NCBI GenBank assembly: GCA_964016885.1
Contig: OZ024741.1
Location: 211,606,001-211,670,000 of the forward strand
From: Eledone cirrhosa
Taxonomy: Eukaryota
Direction: 5' to 3'
Length of the DNA: 64,000 nt
Position 1 is the first letter of the stretch; each line of letters begins with the position of its first letter. This document shows positions 1 through 12,700 of this stretch, one piece after another. The translations under genes were made by a program, and so were the position numbers. Below the pieces are notes generated by a model that worked only from the letters and a program-made list of their open reading frames with translations, did not search any database and was not told the DNA's origin.

Positions 1-456
1 TATATATGTATGTGTGTGTGTATGTGTATATATGTATATATATGTGTGAATGTGTGTTTGTGTGTGTGTGTGTATGTATGTGTATGTATGTGTGTGCAAA
101 TGTATGTATGTGTATGTATAGTATAGTTTACACGAGAGAGACATACGTACTTGTAGGTGTGTATATGTATATATATATATATATATATGTATATGTGTGT
201 GTATGTATGCATATATATGTATATATATATATATGTATATGTATATATGTATGTGTATGCGCGCGTGTGTATGTGTAGATATATGTATATATATATATAT
301 ATGTGTGTGTGTATGTGTATGCGTGTGTGTGTGTATATTTGTGTGTTTGTGTTTTTCCTGTGTATATATGTGTATATATGTATATATGTGTATGTATGTG
401 TGTGTGTGTGTGTGTGTATATGTATGTGTGTGTGTGTGTATGTGTATGCGCACACA

Positions 457-505
<49 letters not shown>

Positions 506-610
506 ATGTGTATGTGTGTGTGAATGTGTAGGTGTGCACACACACACACACATATGTATGTGTGTGTGTATATATATGTAAGTATATATGTATGTATGTG
601 TGTAAGTGTT
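1..610. repeat. Compound (TG)n/(TA)n microsatellite
   Basis: Direct inspection; the overlapping ORFs are YI/CV/HT dipeptide artefacts. Confidence 0.95.
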
Positions 611-1072
611 TTAGTATGTGGTTGTGAGTATGTAAATATATTTTATTCTTTCCATCCTACTAAAACACTGTGGCCACCTGTGGCTTGTATGTTAACTTGA
701 CCACTCACCCCAGTCTGTGCCATGATTCGGTCTTGTTAAATGTTTAATTTCTATTACCAACCCCCCTAAAAAATTTCCCTACAATATATATCTGTTGAAT
801 TACTATTCTTGGGGTTTTTATTTATTTATTTTTTATTTATTTCTTTATTTATTTTATTTATTTATTCATTTATCTATTTATTTATTCATTTATTTATTCA
901 TTTACTTATTTATTTATTTCAAAAAAGCACTCTGGCTAATTGACCACTCCCCATAGAAAAAACGGCCTGTGCCATGAAGTGGTCCTGTGTATCTAAATAC
1001 CACCCCCCCATCCACTACCTCTCCCTTGCCACTACCTAAATGTATAAATACCAGAACTTAATATGACACCCA

Positions 1073-1121
1073 GCTTCCTGAAGATTTTATCTGAATGAAA
1101 CAGTACTAGTCCTGTAGAAGC
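1073..1121 (+). ncRNA. Type I hammerhead ribozyme, family A, at the 3' end of a Penelope-like terminus (~610-1210)
   Basis: gcttc-CTGAAGA-ttttatctgaat-GAAA-cag tactagtc ctg-TA-gaagc. Stem I is gcttc/gaagc and stem III is cag/ctg; stem II is weakened. The tail 1121-1210 matches 51900-51984 in reverse. Confidence 0.7.
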
Positions 1122-1208
1122 TCCTTCTATAAAATAAAAAAAATGTACTCTGCCATGTATTGAGTACCTTACTTACTGTGGTTATCCCCGACTCAACCCG
1201 GGACCTAC

Positions 1209-1241
<33 letters not shown>

Positions 1242-1242
<1 letters not shown>

Positions 1243-1295
1243 GTAAGTATGTATGTATACGTACATACATATATGTATACAGACGTACAGTAGCA

Positions 1296-1383
<88 letters not shown>

Positions 1384-1808
1384 CAGGTACACAGACATAT
1401 ATGTACGTATCAGTTTAGCGGACGCTTATTATAGCGCCCGCTTTGTTCGTTTGTAAACAAACTGAACAGCCTGAATTTATGACGTACGGTGTTAAGGCAA
1501 CCACATCACCTTTTTGTTCAACACTGACACAGGAACGATGTACTAGTTTCAAGCTTGTTAGCTATCATCAGCATCGTATACCCTTCTGCCAGATGGTTGA
1601 ACGTTCGAAAGTATATACTTTCCTTATGAAAATTAACGGCTGAGCAGCCTAATTTGCATATCGAGTGAGTCCGGCCAGGCGTACCGAGAACGACAAGTTG
1701 TAATAAAATGAAAACGAAATTTCATTTCTCACTCTTATACGGCACTTACTTAAATGTAAGTATGTATGTATACGTACATACATATATGTATACAGACGTA
1801 CAGTAGCA

Positions 1809-1812
<4 letters not shown>
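1242..1812 (-). mobile_element. Non-coding hammerhead-bearing mini-element (Penelope pseudo-LTR-like), copy 1, with ~58-nt direct terminal repeat
   Basis: 1242-1300 is repeated at 1753-1812. The body recurs at 2845-3225 and 45337-45795. Flanked by (TA)n. Confidence 0.75.
1535..1577 (-). ncRNA. Minimal type I hammerhead ribozyme, family B, intact
   Basis: Minus strand reads acgatg-CTGATGA-t agc taacaa gct t-GAAA-ctag-TA-catcgt. Stem I is 6 bp and stem III is palindromic (actagt). Confidence 0.85.
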
Positions 1813-1872
<60 letters not shown>

Positions 1873-1877
<5 letters not shown>

Positions 1878-2815
1878 ATACCTTGGGAGGGTCATGTTGC
1901 CAATAAGAAACACACGCACCAGCTGCTTTCACTTCAATTTAATTTAATATATATTTATAAATTTACAAATTTATAAATTTCTGGTTGGTTGGTTGGTTCC
2001 ACAACCAGATAGTTGTTTATATATATATAGTCATAGTTCTTTCGTCACACACTCTGTGACCTCTTCAGTGACTGGGGATTTCTTTCTTCGTTTCTGTGCC
2101 TTTCCTTTCTTCTATCCTACGCCATTTTGTTTGTGTGTGGGTTGCGTGCTCAGTTTGCGCATGCGCCACATCCGGGTGTCTGTGTGTGTTTGTGTTCATT
2201 TTTCTATTTTTCTATTTATATTTGTTTGTTTATTTATTTATTTATTGTTGGTTGGTTGTTTGTTCTATGTGTGTGTGTGTTTTCATTTTGTCTTGTGTGT
2301 GTTTTCATTTTGTGTGTGTTTTCAATTGTAAGTTGTTTATATATGTGTGTGTGTGTTTTCATTTTGTCCTTAATTGTAAGTTGTGATGTTGCTGTTCCAC
2401 TCATATTTTCTATTTAATTTTGGTTTTAATTCTTTTATGCTTACTGCCTCTGTAATTTGCCTAAACATTGCGTCTTTCTTGTGTGTGGATTCTATTTTTA
2501 TTTCTATGCTCTCTAATTTACCCCTGTGTTCTATCTTAGCATGTTGGTAGAGCACAGATGATTCTTTACTATCTTGGAGGTCTCGCCAGTGTTCATTTAT
2601 TCGTTCCCCTATACTACGAGCTGTCTCACCTATGTACACTATATTTTTGTTTCTACATTGTCCCTCAGTACATCTTATGCTATATACTACATTTCTAGTT
2701 TTACAGTTAATATGGGGGCTTATTTTACAGGTTATACATTTCTTATCTATACATGAGGGTCTTTGGAACGGGTATGTCTTGCTAATAAGTGTTTTTACGG
2801 AGGTAAAATTCAGAA
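1873..2815 (-). mobile_element. 5'-truncated Penelope-like element: GIY-YIG endonuclease C-terminus plus 3' terminus
   Basis: ORF 2370-2864 contains C..C...NVVYSIRC...C...VYIGETARSIGERINEH...E...I...P.LN. It is homologous to 36450-36900, and the end motif at 1873-1905 matches 37380-37405. Confidence 0.9.
2029..2073 (-). ncRNA. Minimal type I hammerhead ribozyme, family C, intact, in Penelope 3' terminus
   Basis: Minus strand reads agtca-CTGAAGA-g-gtcaca gagtg tgtgac-GAAA-gaac-TA-tgact, with a 5-bp stem I and 6-bp stem II. Confidence 0.85.
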
Positions 2816-2818
2816 ACG

Positions 2819-2844
<26 letters not shown>

Positions 2845-2849
<5 letters not shown>

Positions 2850-3225
2850 CAGGTACACATACATATATGTACGTATCAGTTTAGCGGACGCTTATTATAG
2901 CGCCCGCTTTGTTCGTTTGTAAACAAACTGAACAGCCTGAATTTATGCCGTACGGTGTTAAGGCAACCACGTCACCTTTTTGTTCAACACTGACACAGGA
3001 ACGATGTACTAGTTTCAAGCTTGTTAGCTATCATCAGCATCGTATACCCTTCTGCCAGATGGTTGAACGTTCGAAAGTATATACTTTCCTTATGAAAATT
3101 AACGGCTGAGCAGCTACTGTACGTCTGTATACATATATGTATGTACGTATACATACATACTTACATTTAAGTAAGTGCCGTACTAAGAGTGAGAAATGAA
3201 ATTTCGTTTTCATTTTATTACAACT
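2845..3225 (-). mobile_element. Hammerhead mini-element copy 2, with an inverted terminal segment (3113-3225)
   Basis: 2845-3112 is nearly identical to 1380-1648. 3113-3225 is the reverse complement of ~1695-1805. Confidence 0.8.
3001..3043 (-). ncRNA. Minimal type I hammerhead ribozyme, family B, intact
   Basis: Same motif as 1535-1577. Confidence 0.85.
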
Positions 3226-3240
3226 ATATATATATATATA

Positions 3241-3600
3241 TTACTAAAAACTTATCTGAGTTTCTTTCATTAGAAATATGTATAGCAACATGGTTAAATA
3301 AATAATTGAAATAGTTTAGTATGAACTTGAGTAATTATTATATATATATTACTTTATATAATGGTAATTAGTATCTCAAGAGATACCATCGCCAAGGTTT
3401 AATCTTTCTGTCTGGATTAGTTTTTAATATTTCTCCTGCATTTTACCTTAAAGGCTACTTACTTTCTTTAAAGTTTCTATACAAATTTTGCTTTTAACTT
3501 CTACAAATGTGTTCATATACTCTCAAGCACAAACATACATGAATGCATATATATATATATATTATATATATATATATTATATATATATATACATATACAT

Positions 3601-3683
<83 letters not shown>

Positions 3684-4152
3684 TATATATATATAATATA
3701 TATATATATATAATATATATATAAATGAAAAGTATAGAAATTTTTGTAGCGAGAAGCTAACAGTATTCCATAATATATATATATATGCATTCATGTATGT
3801 ATATACATATATGTGTACGTACGAGCGTGTGTATGTATGCGCGCCTCTGTCTCTGTATGTTTGTGCTTGAGAGTATATGAACACATTTGTAGAAATTTAA
3901 AGCAACATTTGGATAGAAACTTTAAAGAAAGTAAGTAGCCTTTAAGGTAAAATGCAGTAGAAAATATTAAAAACTAATCCAGACAGAAAGATTAAACCTT
4001 GACGATGGTATCTCTTGAGATACTAATTACCATTATATGAAGCAATATATATATAATAATTACTCAAGTTCATACTAAACTATTTCAATTATTTATTTAA
4101 CCATGTTGCTACCATATTTCTAATGAAAGAAACTCAGATAAGTTTTTAGTAA
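3241..4152. repeat. ~300-bp inverted duplication (3241-3540 vs 3856-4152) around a (TA)n spacer
   Basis: ttactaaaaacttatctgag...caaacatac is matched by gtatgtttg...ctcagataagtttttagtaa. Confidence 0.85.
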
Positions 4153-4354
4153 TCTGGAAAATAATAAAGAATTCTGATGGATTTAATAATATATAAATTT
4201 CTTCTTATGAAGCTGGTGTCTGGAACATAAATTAAAGGTACTTACATACAATCTCTGAACGAAGGTTCTTAGATAAATACAAACATTTTAACCCTTTCAA
4301 TGGCATATTTCTAGGACGCTGTCTTTGATTTTCAAATAATTTAGAAAATAATTG

Positions 4355-4541
4355 CTTCCACTTTTGTCACAAGGCCAGCAATTATCGCAGTGTATTACTG
4401 GTACTTTATTTTATCGACCCCATAAGGATGAAAGGCAAAGTTAACCTCGGTGGGATTTGAACTCAGATCATAAAGAGCCGTAACTCTTTGCTGCAAAGCA
4501 TGGCGTCCGACCCTCTACCAATACTGCCAATCCACCGCCCA
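4355..4541 (-). mobile_element. tRNA-derived SINE (cephalopod-type family with core gggtcgataaaataaagtaccagt)
   Basis: B-box gagttcaaatcc on the minus strand; many similar copies in this window. Confidence 0.8.
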
Positions 4542-5047
4542 AAACATAACTTCAGAAAGGTTCTTTCATGAACTTTACGGTGAAAGATATTTAGATAAAT
4601 ATAAACATTTTCATATAAGCAAGTTTGTATCATAGAACTAGGGGGCATTTCAGACACTTTGTATAACAGTAGTGAGTATTGAAATTTGATAGACTAGGCC
4701 CTATGCCAGCTCGTCGATTCTAGTGTCAGTCGGTTTTTAATGATTTCAACTTTGACTTTCATCGTTTCTACAGATGATGGATTGGCAGAATTCTCAAAGA
4801 CTCGTTACCTGAACAGACTTTTTTTATGTGGTCCATTGTCACCTCATTCTGTCAGGATTTGTGATCAACAGACAATATCAGCAATAGAAAGAACAATGGA
4901 AGCTGGTTTTCCTTGGTTTGATCCACAACGGGCTTCTTTGCTTTGTTTGTATAAGGTGGAGCTATATCACTTTATCCCGTTAATAGTTCACAATATGTAA
5001 AAGATTACTGTTTATACTTATTACCATATAATAGTGGTTTCTTATAT

Positions 5048-5250
5048 AGGCACAAGGCAAGCAGTTTTGGGGGAGGGGAAAGTCAATTAAATTGACACTA
5101 GTGCGTGACTGGTACTTTATTTTATCGACCCCGTAAGGATGAAAGGCAAAGTTAACCTCGGCAGATTTGAACTCAGACCATAGACGGCCGTAACTCTATG
5201 TTGCAAATCATGGCGTCCGATCCTCTACCGATACTGCCAATCCGCCGCCC
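5048..5250 (-). mobile_element. tRNA-derived SINE, same family
   Basis: actggtactttattttatcgacccc...ggatttgaactc-like core...ccaatccgccgccc. Confidence 0.8.
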
Positions 5251-5269
5251 TTATTGTTACCATATAATA

Positions 5270-5640
5270 GGGAAGATGCCTGATTTAATGTTTAGTGTGT
5301 TCGTCTCACTATCTCAAGGCCATGAGTTCGACTCTCGGTTAAGCATGACATTTCATTTCATACTGATCCGTTTCATTCAGTTTGTAAAAACAAAGTATAC
5401 CTGTAATTCAAAAAGCCATCCTTTGCACTAACTGACAGGCTGAATCTTCCTGAGAACAACATTAAGGGTGCACGTGTCTGTGGAATATTTGTCACTTACA
5501 CGTTAACGTCTCTAGTAGAATGTTTGGTCGTTTGAACAAATGGAGCAATCGTCTTTGGTAGCAAAAAAGGAGGCTTACAAAGCTTGGCTTGAAAATAAGT
5601 CCTCCTTCTTGCCATTGTAGTACAAGCAGGCACGAAAGAC
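5270..5640 (+). mobile_element. Degenerate tRNA-headed SINE of a different family
   Basis: A-box-like start and B-box gagttcgactc followed by a non-coding body. Confidence 0.5.
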
Positions 5641-7039
5641 CGCTGCCGAGACAATAAAAGCGTCTAGAGTTAGGACATGGGAGGACTTTAGGGTTAAGCT
5701 GTAATCCGACTTCAGAGCAGCAAATAAAGTGTTCTGTCAGACCATGCGCCATAATAAGAAGCCCCCCTTCACACCTGCTATCAAGAGAAGAGTGTAGAAT
5801 ATAATAATTTCTTTATTGGCCAGCAGCACTTGATAACATAAAATACCAGTCAAATATCAATGTCGATTTATCTCCCTCTAATACATCGTAGATAAGAGTG
5901 GAATTATGGTAAAACATGCTTTATCCTAATTCTGTCTTTACTACTCCATATTTCCATTCCTCTCTTTTAAGATCACAGTAAATTTATATATTTTTGTTGC
6001 TTTTCTATATCATATTTCATACCTAACCACAAAAATCTTATGGTCGATAAAATATGAACCATGAATTATTGTGGTCAAATCGTTTAGTGCTTCCAGTAAC
6101 AGTCACTCAGGCACTAGTTACTTATCGGAAAACACATATATTCGAATGTATTAAAACCTACGTGTATAAACAGAGAAGAAAAACAATTATTTATTTAAAT
6201 GTTATACTTGTATGATAAAGACTTCAATAAAGGCTGTACAGATTCATATAGAGAGATATTATCAATATGAAAAACACGAGAAAATGACTTAAATTACACA
6301 ATATGTATGGAAGCGCTGTCTTTAACATATAACATTTCCATGGAAACGAAAATGGCGAGGCTCAGATTAATGAGACTAAGAGAGTTTGAAAGATGTGTGG
6401 CCCTAAATGTGAAAGCCTTATCAAGCGTTCCTTTAGATTTTCTCCTTAGCTAGATCTTGCGTTACGTCTCTTATTTTAAGTTCTTTCGCTCTATCGGAGA
6501 CTTCAAAATCTCCCTATCTCTCAGCACGTGCTGAAAACGAAAGGCTATAACGTGACATTAATTGTCTATCGAAGCATAAAAGATCAAAACCACCGCGCCT
6601 ATATTCATGTATGGAAGATAAACCACAAAGGGCATTCAGGCATGATGATAATGAGGCTAGGCTTCTTAAGAACGATATTGAACACCGCTGGCTTTCAGGT
6701 AGATTGGCCACAAGCATCGCTTTCCTCGGTTGAGTGATACTTCAAATTTTTGACACATATCTTCCAATAAACATCTTGTTCTGGTTCCCCTACCATTAGA
6801 AGAATAAACACTTCGTTTGTGATTGATGTACATGTGAAGCGGAAGTGAGAATGCCTTAGAAATATATTTATGTCCATATAAAATTTAGCGATACCGACAT
6901 TTCAGTCTGAACATAAACATACAATAACAACCCTTATCACAAATATAAACACACACACACACACATACACACATACATATATATAAGTGCAAAAATGAAT
7001 ATGCTGCATACATACATATGTATTCACACACACACACAA

Positions 7040-7079
<40 letters not shown>

Positions 7080-7090
7080 TATATATACAG

Positions 7091-7125
<35 letters not shown>

Positions 7126-7374
7126 TATATATATTCAAAAAAACAGAATATAGTAAGATCAGCAATTTTAAATAGTTCAAATTCAAAATTGCAAATAAAA
7201 CACTTCACACATTATAAAGTCGCCCATGTTGAATATATTTGCGGTTTGTCGTCTTGACATAAACAATTACATTCTTGATATTAGAACTCCATTTCGATAA
7301 TTTAATATTTTCCATCTTTATATGTTAGTTTTGTAAAAGGGTTGCTGTATTGTGAGATGAAATCCTTAAATAAG

Positions 7375-7800
7375 TGTTTCTAATTTTCGCACGAGGCCAG
7401 CGATTTGAAACTGAAGGAGAAATTCGATTAAATCGACCCCAGTGCGTGCGTTACTGGTACTTTAATTTATCTACCCCGTAAAGATCAAAGTCAAAACTAA
7501 CCTTAGCGGGATTTTCAAATTAGAACATAAAGGGCCATAACTACATGCTGTAAAGCATGTTGTCCGATGCTCTACTGGTAATCGACTGCCCTTAATTTAA
7601 AAATTCTTAAATAATTGTTTCTACTTTTGGCACAAGGCCAGCAATTATCCGAGTACATTACTGGTGCTTTATTTTATCAACCTCGTAAGGATGAGAGGCA
7701 AAGTTAACATCGGCGGGATTTGAACTCAGAATGGCAAGGGCCGTAACTCTATGGGTCAAAGCATGATGTCCAACCCTCTACCGATACTGCCAATCCACCA
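7375..7800 (-). mobile_element. Two tandem SINE copies (7375-7592, 7615-7800)
   Basis: Same core as 4355-4541. Confidence 0.75.
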
Positions 7801-7937
7801 TTCTTAAATAATAATCATTCAAACGCAACTACTCCCCCACCCCAGACAAACACACCCTCAAAAAGTGATTACAAAAACACAAATGCGCTCGCACATACAC
7901 ACATGTATATACAGAGAAATATAGAGAGTGAGAGAAA

Positions 7938-8011
<74 letters not shown>

Positions 8012-8079
8012 CGGTGGGAGAGAGAGAGCATAAGATGATGAAATTATTACAGAAGTGGCGGGATTATTATTTAAAACAG

Positions 8080-8272
8080 TTGGGCGGTGGATTGCCATTA
8101 TCGGTATAGGGTCTGACGCGGTGCTTGGCAGCATAGAGTTACGATCCTTTCTGGTCTGAGTTCAAATCCCATCGAGGTTAACTTTGCCTTTCATCCTTAC
8201 GGGCTCGATAAAATAAAGCACCAGTAATACACTGGGATAATTGCTGGTCTTGTGCCAACAAGTAGAAACAAT
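8080..8272 (+). mobile_element. tRNA-derived SINE, same family
   Basis: gggcggtggattgcc...gagttcaaatccc...cgataaaataaagcaccagt. Confidence 0.8.
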
Positions 8273-8984
8273 TATTTAAAACAGTTCATCTGTTTATCTA
8301 TTACGCGTATTTCATCATTACATAGATTGCGGGGAAAATCTTGCAATAGACTAGCCAAGTATAAGAATATACGTCGATCAAATGTCGTGCCGTGGACACC
8401 AATCTATTATCAAGTGAGGCTCTTCGGGAAGAAAAGGAAATTAAATGTAGAGTATTTAGGTATCTGTGAAATTCTTGGCAGACAGTCTGGTAGAAAAATA
8501 ACGAACGTGCTAAGTGCAGAATATTTAATGACCGGGGAGTATTCAACAGTTTTTAAACAAATAAACATATGACATTTGCTAGGGGTTTGAGACTCAGATA
8601 GGGGACAACGTAGGCATGCAGAATATTTGCTGGCTGTGTTGAGTGTATTGTTGTTATTTACGTATTAAATAAAGGTCCAGATTTAACAGATTGTTCATTA
8701 GGTTTTAACATAACTAATAAGTACATAAGAAAAAGCATAAAATACAAATTAACTTCAATTAAGTAACCTTCTACGACTAAAAAACATCATAATTTAATAA
8801 ACGTCTCCAGAATTACCATCTACTTCATTCGATATTAATGGCCTCCAGAGAGAAGCAATTCAACACCACACAAAAGAGTGACACAAATTTATACTCATAA
8901 ATTACTCTTCTAACTATTCTAAAATACATATCAAATGCTGTATATTAATTTGAATATCCTCCGAAAATTCCTTCTTATAACCAG

Positions 8985-11002
8985 CTATATTATACAATAC
9001 TATACTATACAATACTATACAATATTATACTATACAATACAATACTATACTATACTATACTATACTATACTATACTATACTATACTATACTATACTATAC
9101 TATACTATACTATACTATACTATACTATACTAGACTATACTATACTATACTATGCAATACTATACTATACTATACTATACTGTACTATACTATACTATAC
9201 TATACTATACTATACTATACTATACTATACTATACTATACTATACAATACTATACTATACAATACTATACTATAGAATACAATACAACACAATACAATAC
9301 AATACTATACTATACTGTACTATACTATACTATACACTACTATACAATACTATACAATATTATACTATACTATACTATACTATACTATACTATACTATAC
9401 TATACTATACTATACTATACTATACTATACTATACTATGCAATGCTATACTATGCAATGCTATACTATACTATGCTATGCTATACTATACTATACTATAC
9501 TATACTATACTATACTATACTATACTATACTATACTATACTATACTATACTATACTATACTATATTATACTATACTATACTATACAATACTATACTATAC
9601 AATACTATAAAATACAATACTATACCATACTATACTATACTATACTATACTATACTATACTATACTATACTATACTATACTATATTATACAATACAATAC
9701 TATACTATACTATACTATACTATACTATACTATACTATACTATACTATACTATACTATACTATACTATACTATATTATACTATACTATACAATACTATAA
9801 AATACAATACTATACTTTACAATACAATACTATACTATACTATACTCTGCTATACTATACAATACTATACTGTACTATACTATACTATACTATACTATAC
9901 CATACTATACTATACTATACTATACTATACTATACTATACTATACTATACTATACTATACTATACTATACTATATTATACAATACAATACTATACTATAC
10001 TATACTATAGAATACAATACTATACAATATTATACTATACTATACTATACTATACTATACTATACTATACTATACTATACTATACTATACTATACTATAC
10101 TATACTATACTATACTATACTATACTATACTATATTATACAATACAATACTATACTATACTATACTATACTATACAATACTATACTATAGAATACAATAC
10201 TATACAATATTATACTATACTATACTATACTATACTATACTATACTAAACTATACTATACTATACTATACTATACTATACTATACTATACTATACTATAT
10301 TATACTATACAATATTATACTATATTATACTATACTATACTATACTATACTATACTATACTATACTATACTATACTATACTATACTATACTATACTATAC
10401 TATACTATACTATACTATTCTATACTATATTATACTATACTATACAATACTATACTATACAATACTATAAAATACAATACCATACTTTACAATACAATAC
10501 TATACTATACTATACAATACAATACTATGCTATACTATACTCTGCTATACTATACAATACTATACTGTACTATACTATACTATACCATACTATACTATAC
10601 TATACTATACTATACTATACTATACTATACTATACTATACTATACTATACTATACTATACTATACTATACTATATTATACAATACTATACTATACTATAC
10701 TATACTATAGAATACAATACTATACAATATTATACTATACTATACTATACTATACTATACTATACTATACTATACTATACTATACTATACTATATTATAC
10801 AATACAATACTATACTATACTATACTATACTATACAATACTATACTATAGAATACAATACTATACAATATTATACTATACTATACTATACTATACTATAC
10901 TATACTATACTATACTATACTATACTATACTATACTATACTATACTATACTATACTATACTATACAATAATATGATATACTATACTATGCTATACTATAC
11001 TA

Positions 11003-11010
<8 letters not shown>
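8985..11010. repeat. ~2-kb (TATAC)n pentanucleotide tandem array
   Basis: Direct inspection; the 437-aa YYTIL ORF is an artefact of the repeat. Confidence 0.97.
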
Positions 11011-11059
<49 letters not shown>

Positions 11060-11175
11060 CTATATCTGCAAAATCGATGATTGATTAGCCACGTGATATA
11101 TTTCTCATTTCTTTTACCCGTTCATTCGTTTTATCACTCTTTATCTTTCTATTTTATCTTTTATTTCTGATTCTA

Positions 11176-11211
11176 TCTTCTGATGAAGGACTATTGTCCG
11201 AAACGTCAGGA
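11176..11211 (+). ncRNA. Ultra-minimal hammerhead motif, family E, in a short repeat (~11100-11290)
   Basis: tctt-CTGATGA-a-ggac tatt gtcc-GAAA-cg-TC-agga. Stem III has no loop, so it could only form in a dimer. A decayed copy lies at ~33075-33110. Confidence 0.7.
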
Positions 11212-11302
11212 CTCCTTTCTTGCTATTTCAAGCGTTAAACTAATGTGTATCTTCAATATAATGTGTCGTATGCTTTGTTAATTTTGTTTACACACACACA
11301 CG

Positions 11303-11437
<135 letters not shown>

Positions 11438-11487
11438 ACATATATATATATATATAACTTTATTTTATATATAGATGTCTACTACGG

Positions 11488-11524
11488 GGCAAGAAATGTT
11501 GCATTCGTATGAAATCATCAGGAA
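11488..11524 (-). ncRNA. Degenerate hammerhead, family A
   Basis: Minus strand reads ttc-CTGATGA-tttcatacgaat-GcAA-catttcttgccccg-TA; GAAA is mutated. Confidence 0.5.
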
Positions 11525-11626
11525 TAAAAGAGTTCTGGTCTTGTAGAAGTGATTTCCATATAAAATAAATATCCCTAAACTCAACTAACGTATTGAGTTC
11601 CTTTTTTAATTGTGATCACCAGGAAT

Positions 11627-11656
<30 letters not shown>

Positions 11657-11658
<2 letters not shown>

Positions 11659-11855
11659 CGAAGGAAATGTGGTAAGGAACCAGGTGGACCATAACGCACC
11701 AAAGTACTCAATACTTGGGGTAGTAGAGTGGGTAATACGAACCAGTAAGACCCCGACAGCTGAGCTCAAGCCGTTTCGACGGCTAATTCTGGACTTAGTC
11801 CAGAATTAGCCGTCGAAACGGCTTGAGCTCAGCTATCGGGGTCTTACTGGTTCCT
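11657..11855. mobile_element. Fold-back mini-element, family D (hammerhead 3' half plus tail)
   Basis: 11738-11795 and 11798-11853 are inverted arms. The motif recurs about ten times in this window, nearly always next to (TA)n. Confidence 0.75.
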
Positions 11856-11874
11856 ATATATATATATAACATCT

Positions 11875-11940
11875 CTGTCTGACGAACGATCCAGGCGCAT
11901 ATATTATTGTCGTCTGTGATCCAGAAACCTTTGGTAATGG
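11875..11940 (+). ncRNA. Type I hammerhead motif with extended stem II
   Basis: ctgt-CTGACGA-ac gatc cag gcg...cgt ctg t gatc ca-GAAA-cc ttt gg-TA-atgg. Stem I relies on G-U pairs. Confidence 0.55.
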
Positions 11941-11987
11941 TGTAGTTATATTTTGTGTTGTTAACTTTCCAATTATATATATATATA

Positions 11988-12700
11988 TTTGTAACCTCTG
12001 TATACTAGAGACCCACAATATTATCTTCTCTAACCGTAACCTACTTAACAAAAAATCTGAAGTGTTTGCAACTTGCCAGCACCGCTTCAGAAATTCCTTC
12101 CAAAACTTTAAGCCCAATATATAGCAATGTCGGACTTGAACCAAACACCACCTCTAGCATCAAACACCAGGGGCACACCTTATACCACATACCCAACACT
12201 AACTGATCTAATATAACACAAACAACGACATCCCTCTGGAACCCTTCGCAGGGCGAATACCCATTTATACATCTACGTTAGGTGTGACAACATCCACCCA
12301 CTTGAACTGCACTACACCGCTCTATAGGTAACTTAAGCATGAATTGATTGGCTTGGTATTGTTGTGCGGAGGAAGTGCCTTCCTTGGACAGATGAAAAAC
12401 GATTTAATCTAGTAACGCTGTTGAGCAGTAGGACCGGTATGCTGAGTGCAGAGAATGAATGTATTGCAACTGGCGTGCGGGTTGTACATATATGGATGAT
12501 TTGATGGTCAGAGTGGGGTCATGAGGACTGCGGATTGACCTCTGGTCGGCCCTGGTGATGATTATCTTTCGACATCCAATGTAGCAAGCGATGACCCAGA
12601 ACTTACCAGAGATCATTGTGTGTTGAAGTGATTCTGCAATCACCGCGCCTGAGTAGACTACAACCACAGAGATCATTAATTTAGAATCCTTGCTCGGCGT
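11988..12700 (+). mobile_element. Extremely 5'-truncated Penelope-like element (last ~45 codons of the GIY-YIG domain plus probable 3' terminus)
   Basis: 11988-12124 translates to CNLCILETHNIIFSNRNLLNKKSEVFATCQHRFRNSFQNFKPNI*, the same C-terminal motif as at 46590-46720. The right boundary is uncertain. Confidence 0.65.

Noticed and set aside
6-581. Numerous YI/CV/HT/LS-rich ORFs here and throughout the window
   Set aside because: Dinucleotide microsatellites lack stop codons in several frames
6450-6710. Unique-looking plus-strand segment ending in cag|gtagat
   Set aside because: No recognisable protein motif and the frame is ambiguous, so an exon call cannot be supported
8935-10248. 437-aa ORF (YYTIL repeats)
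   Set aside because: It is the translation of the stop-free (TATAC)n array, with no coding evidence
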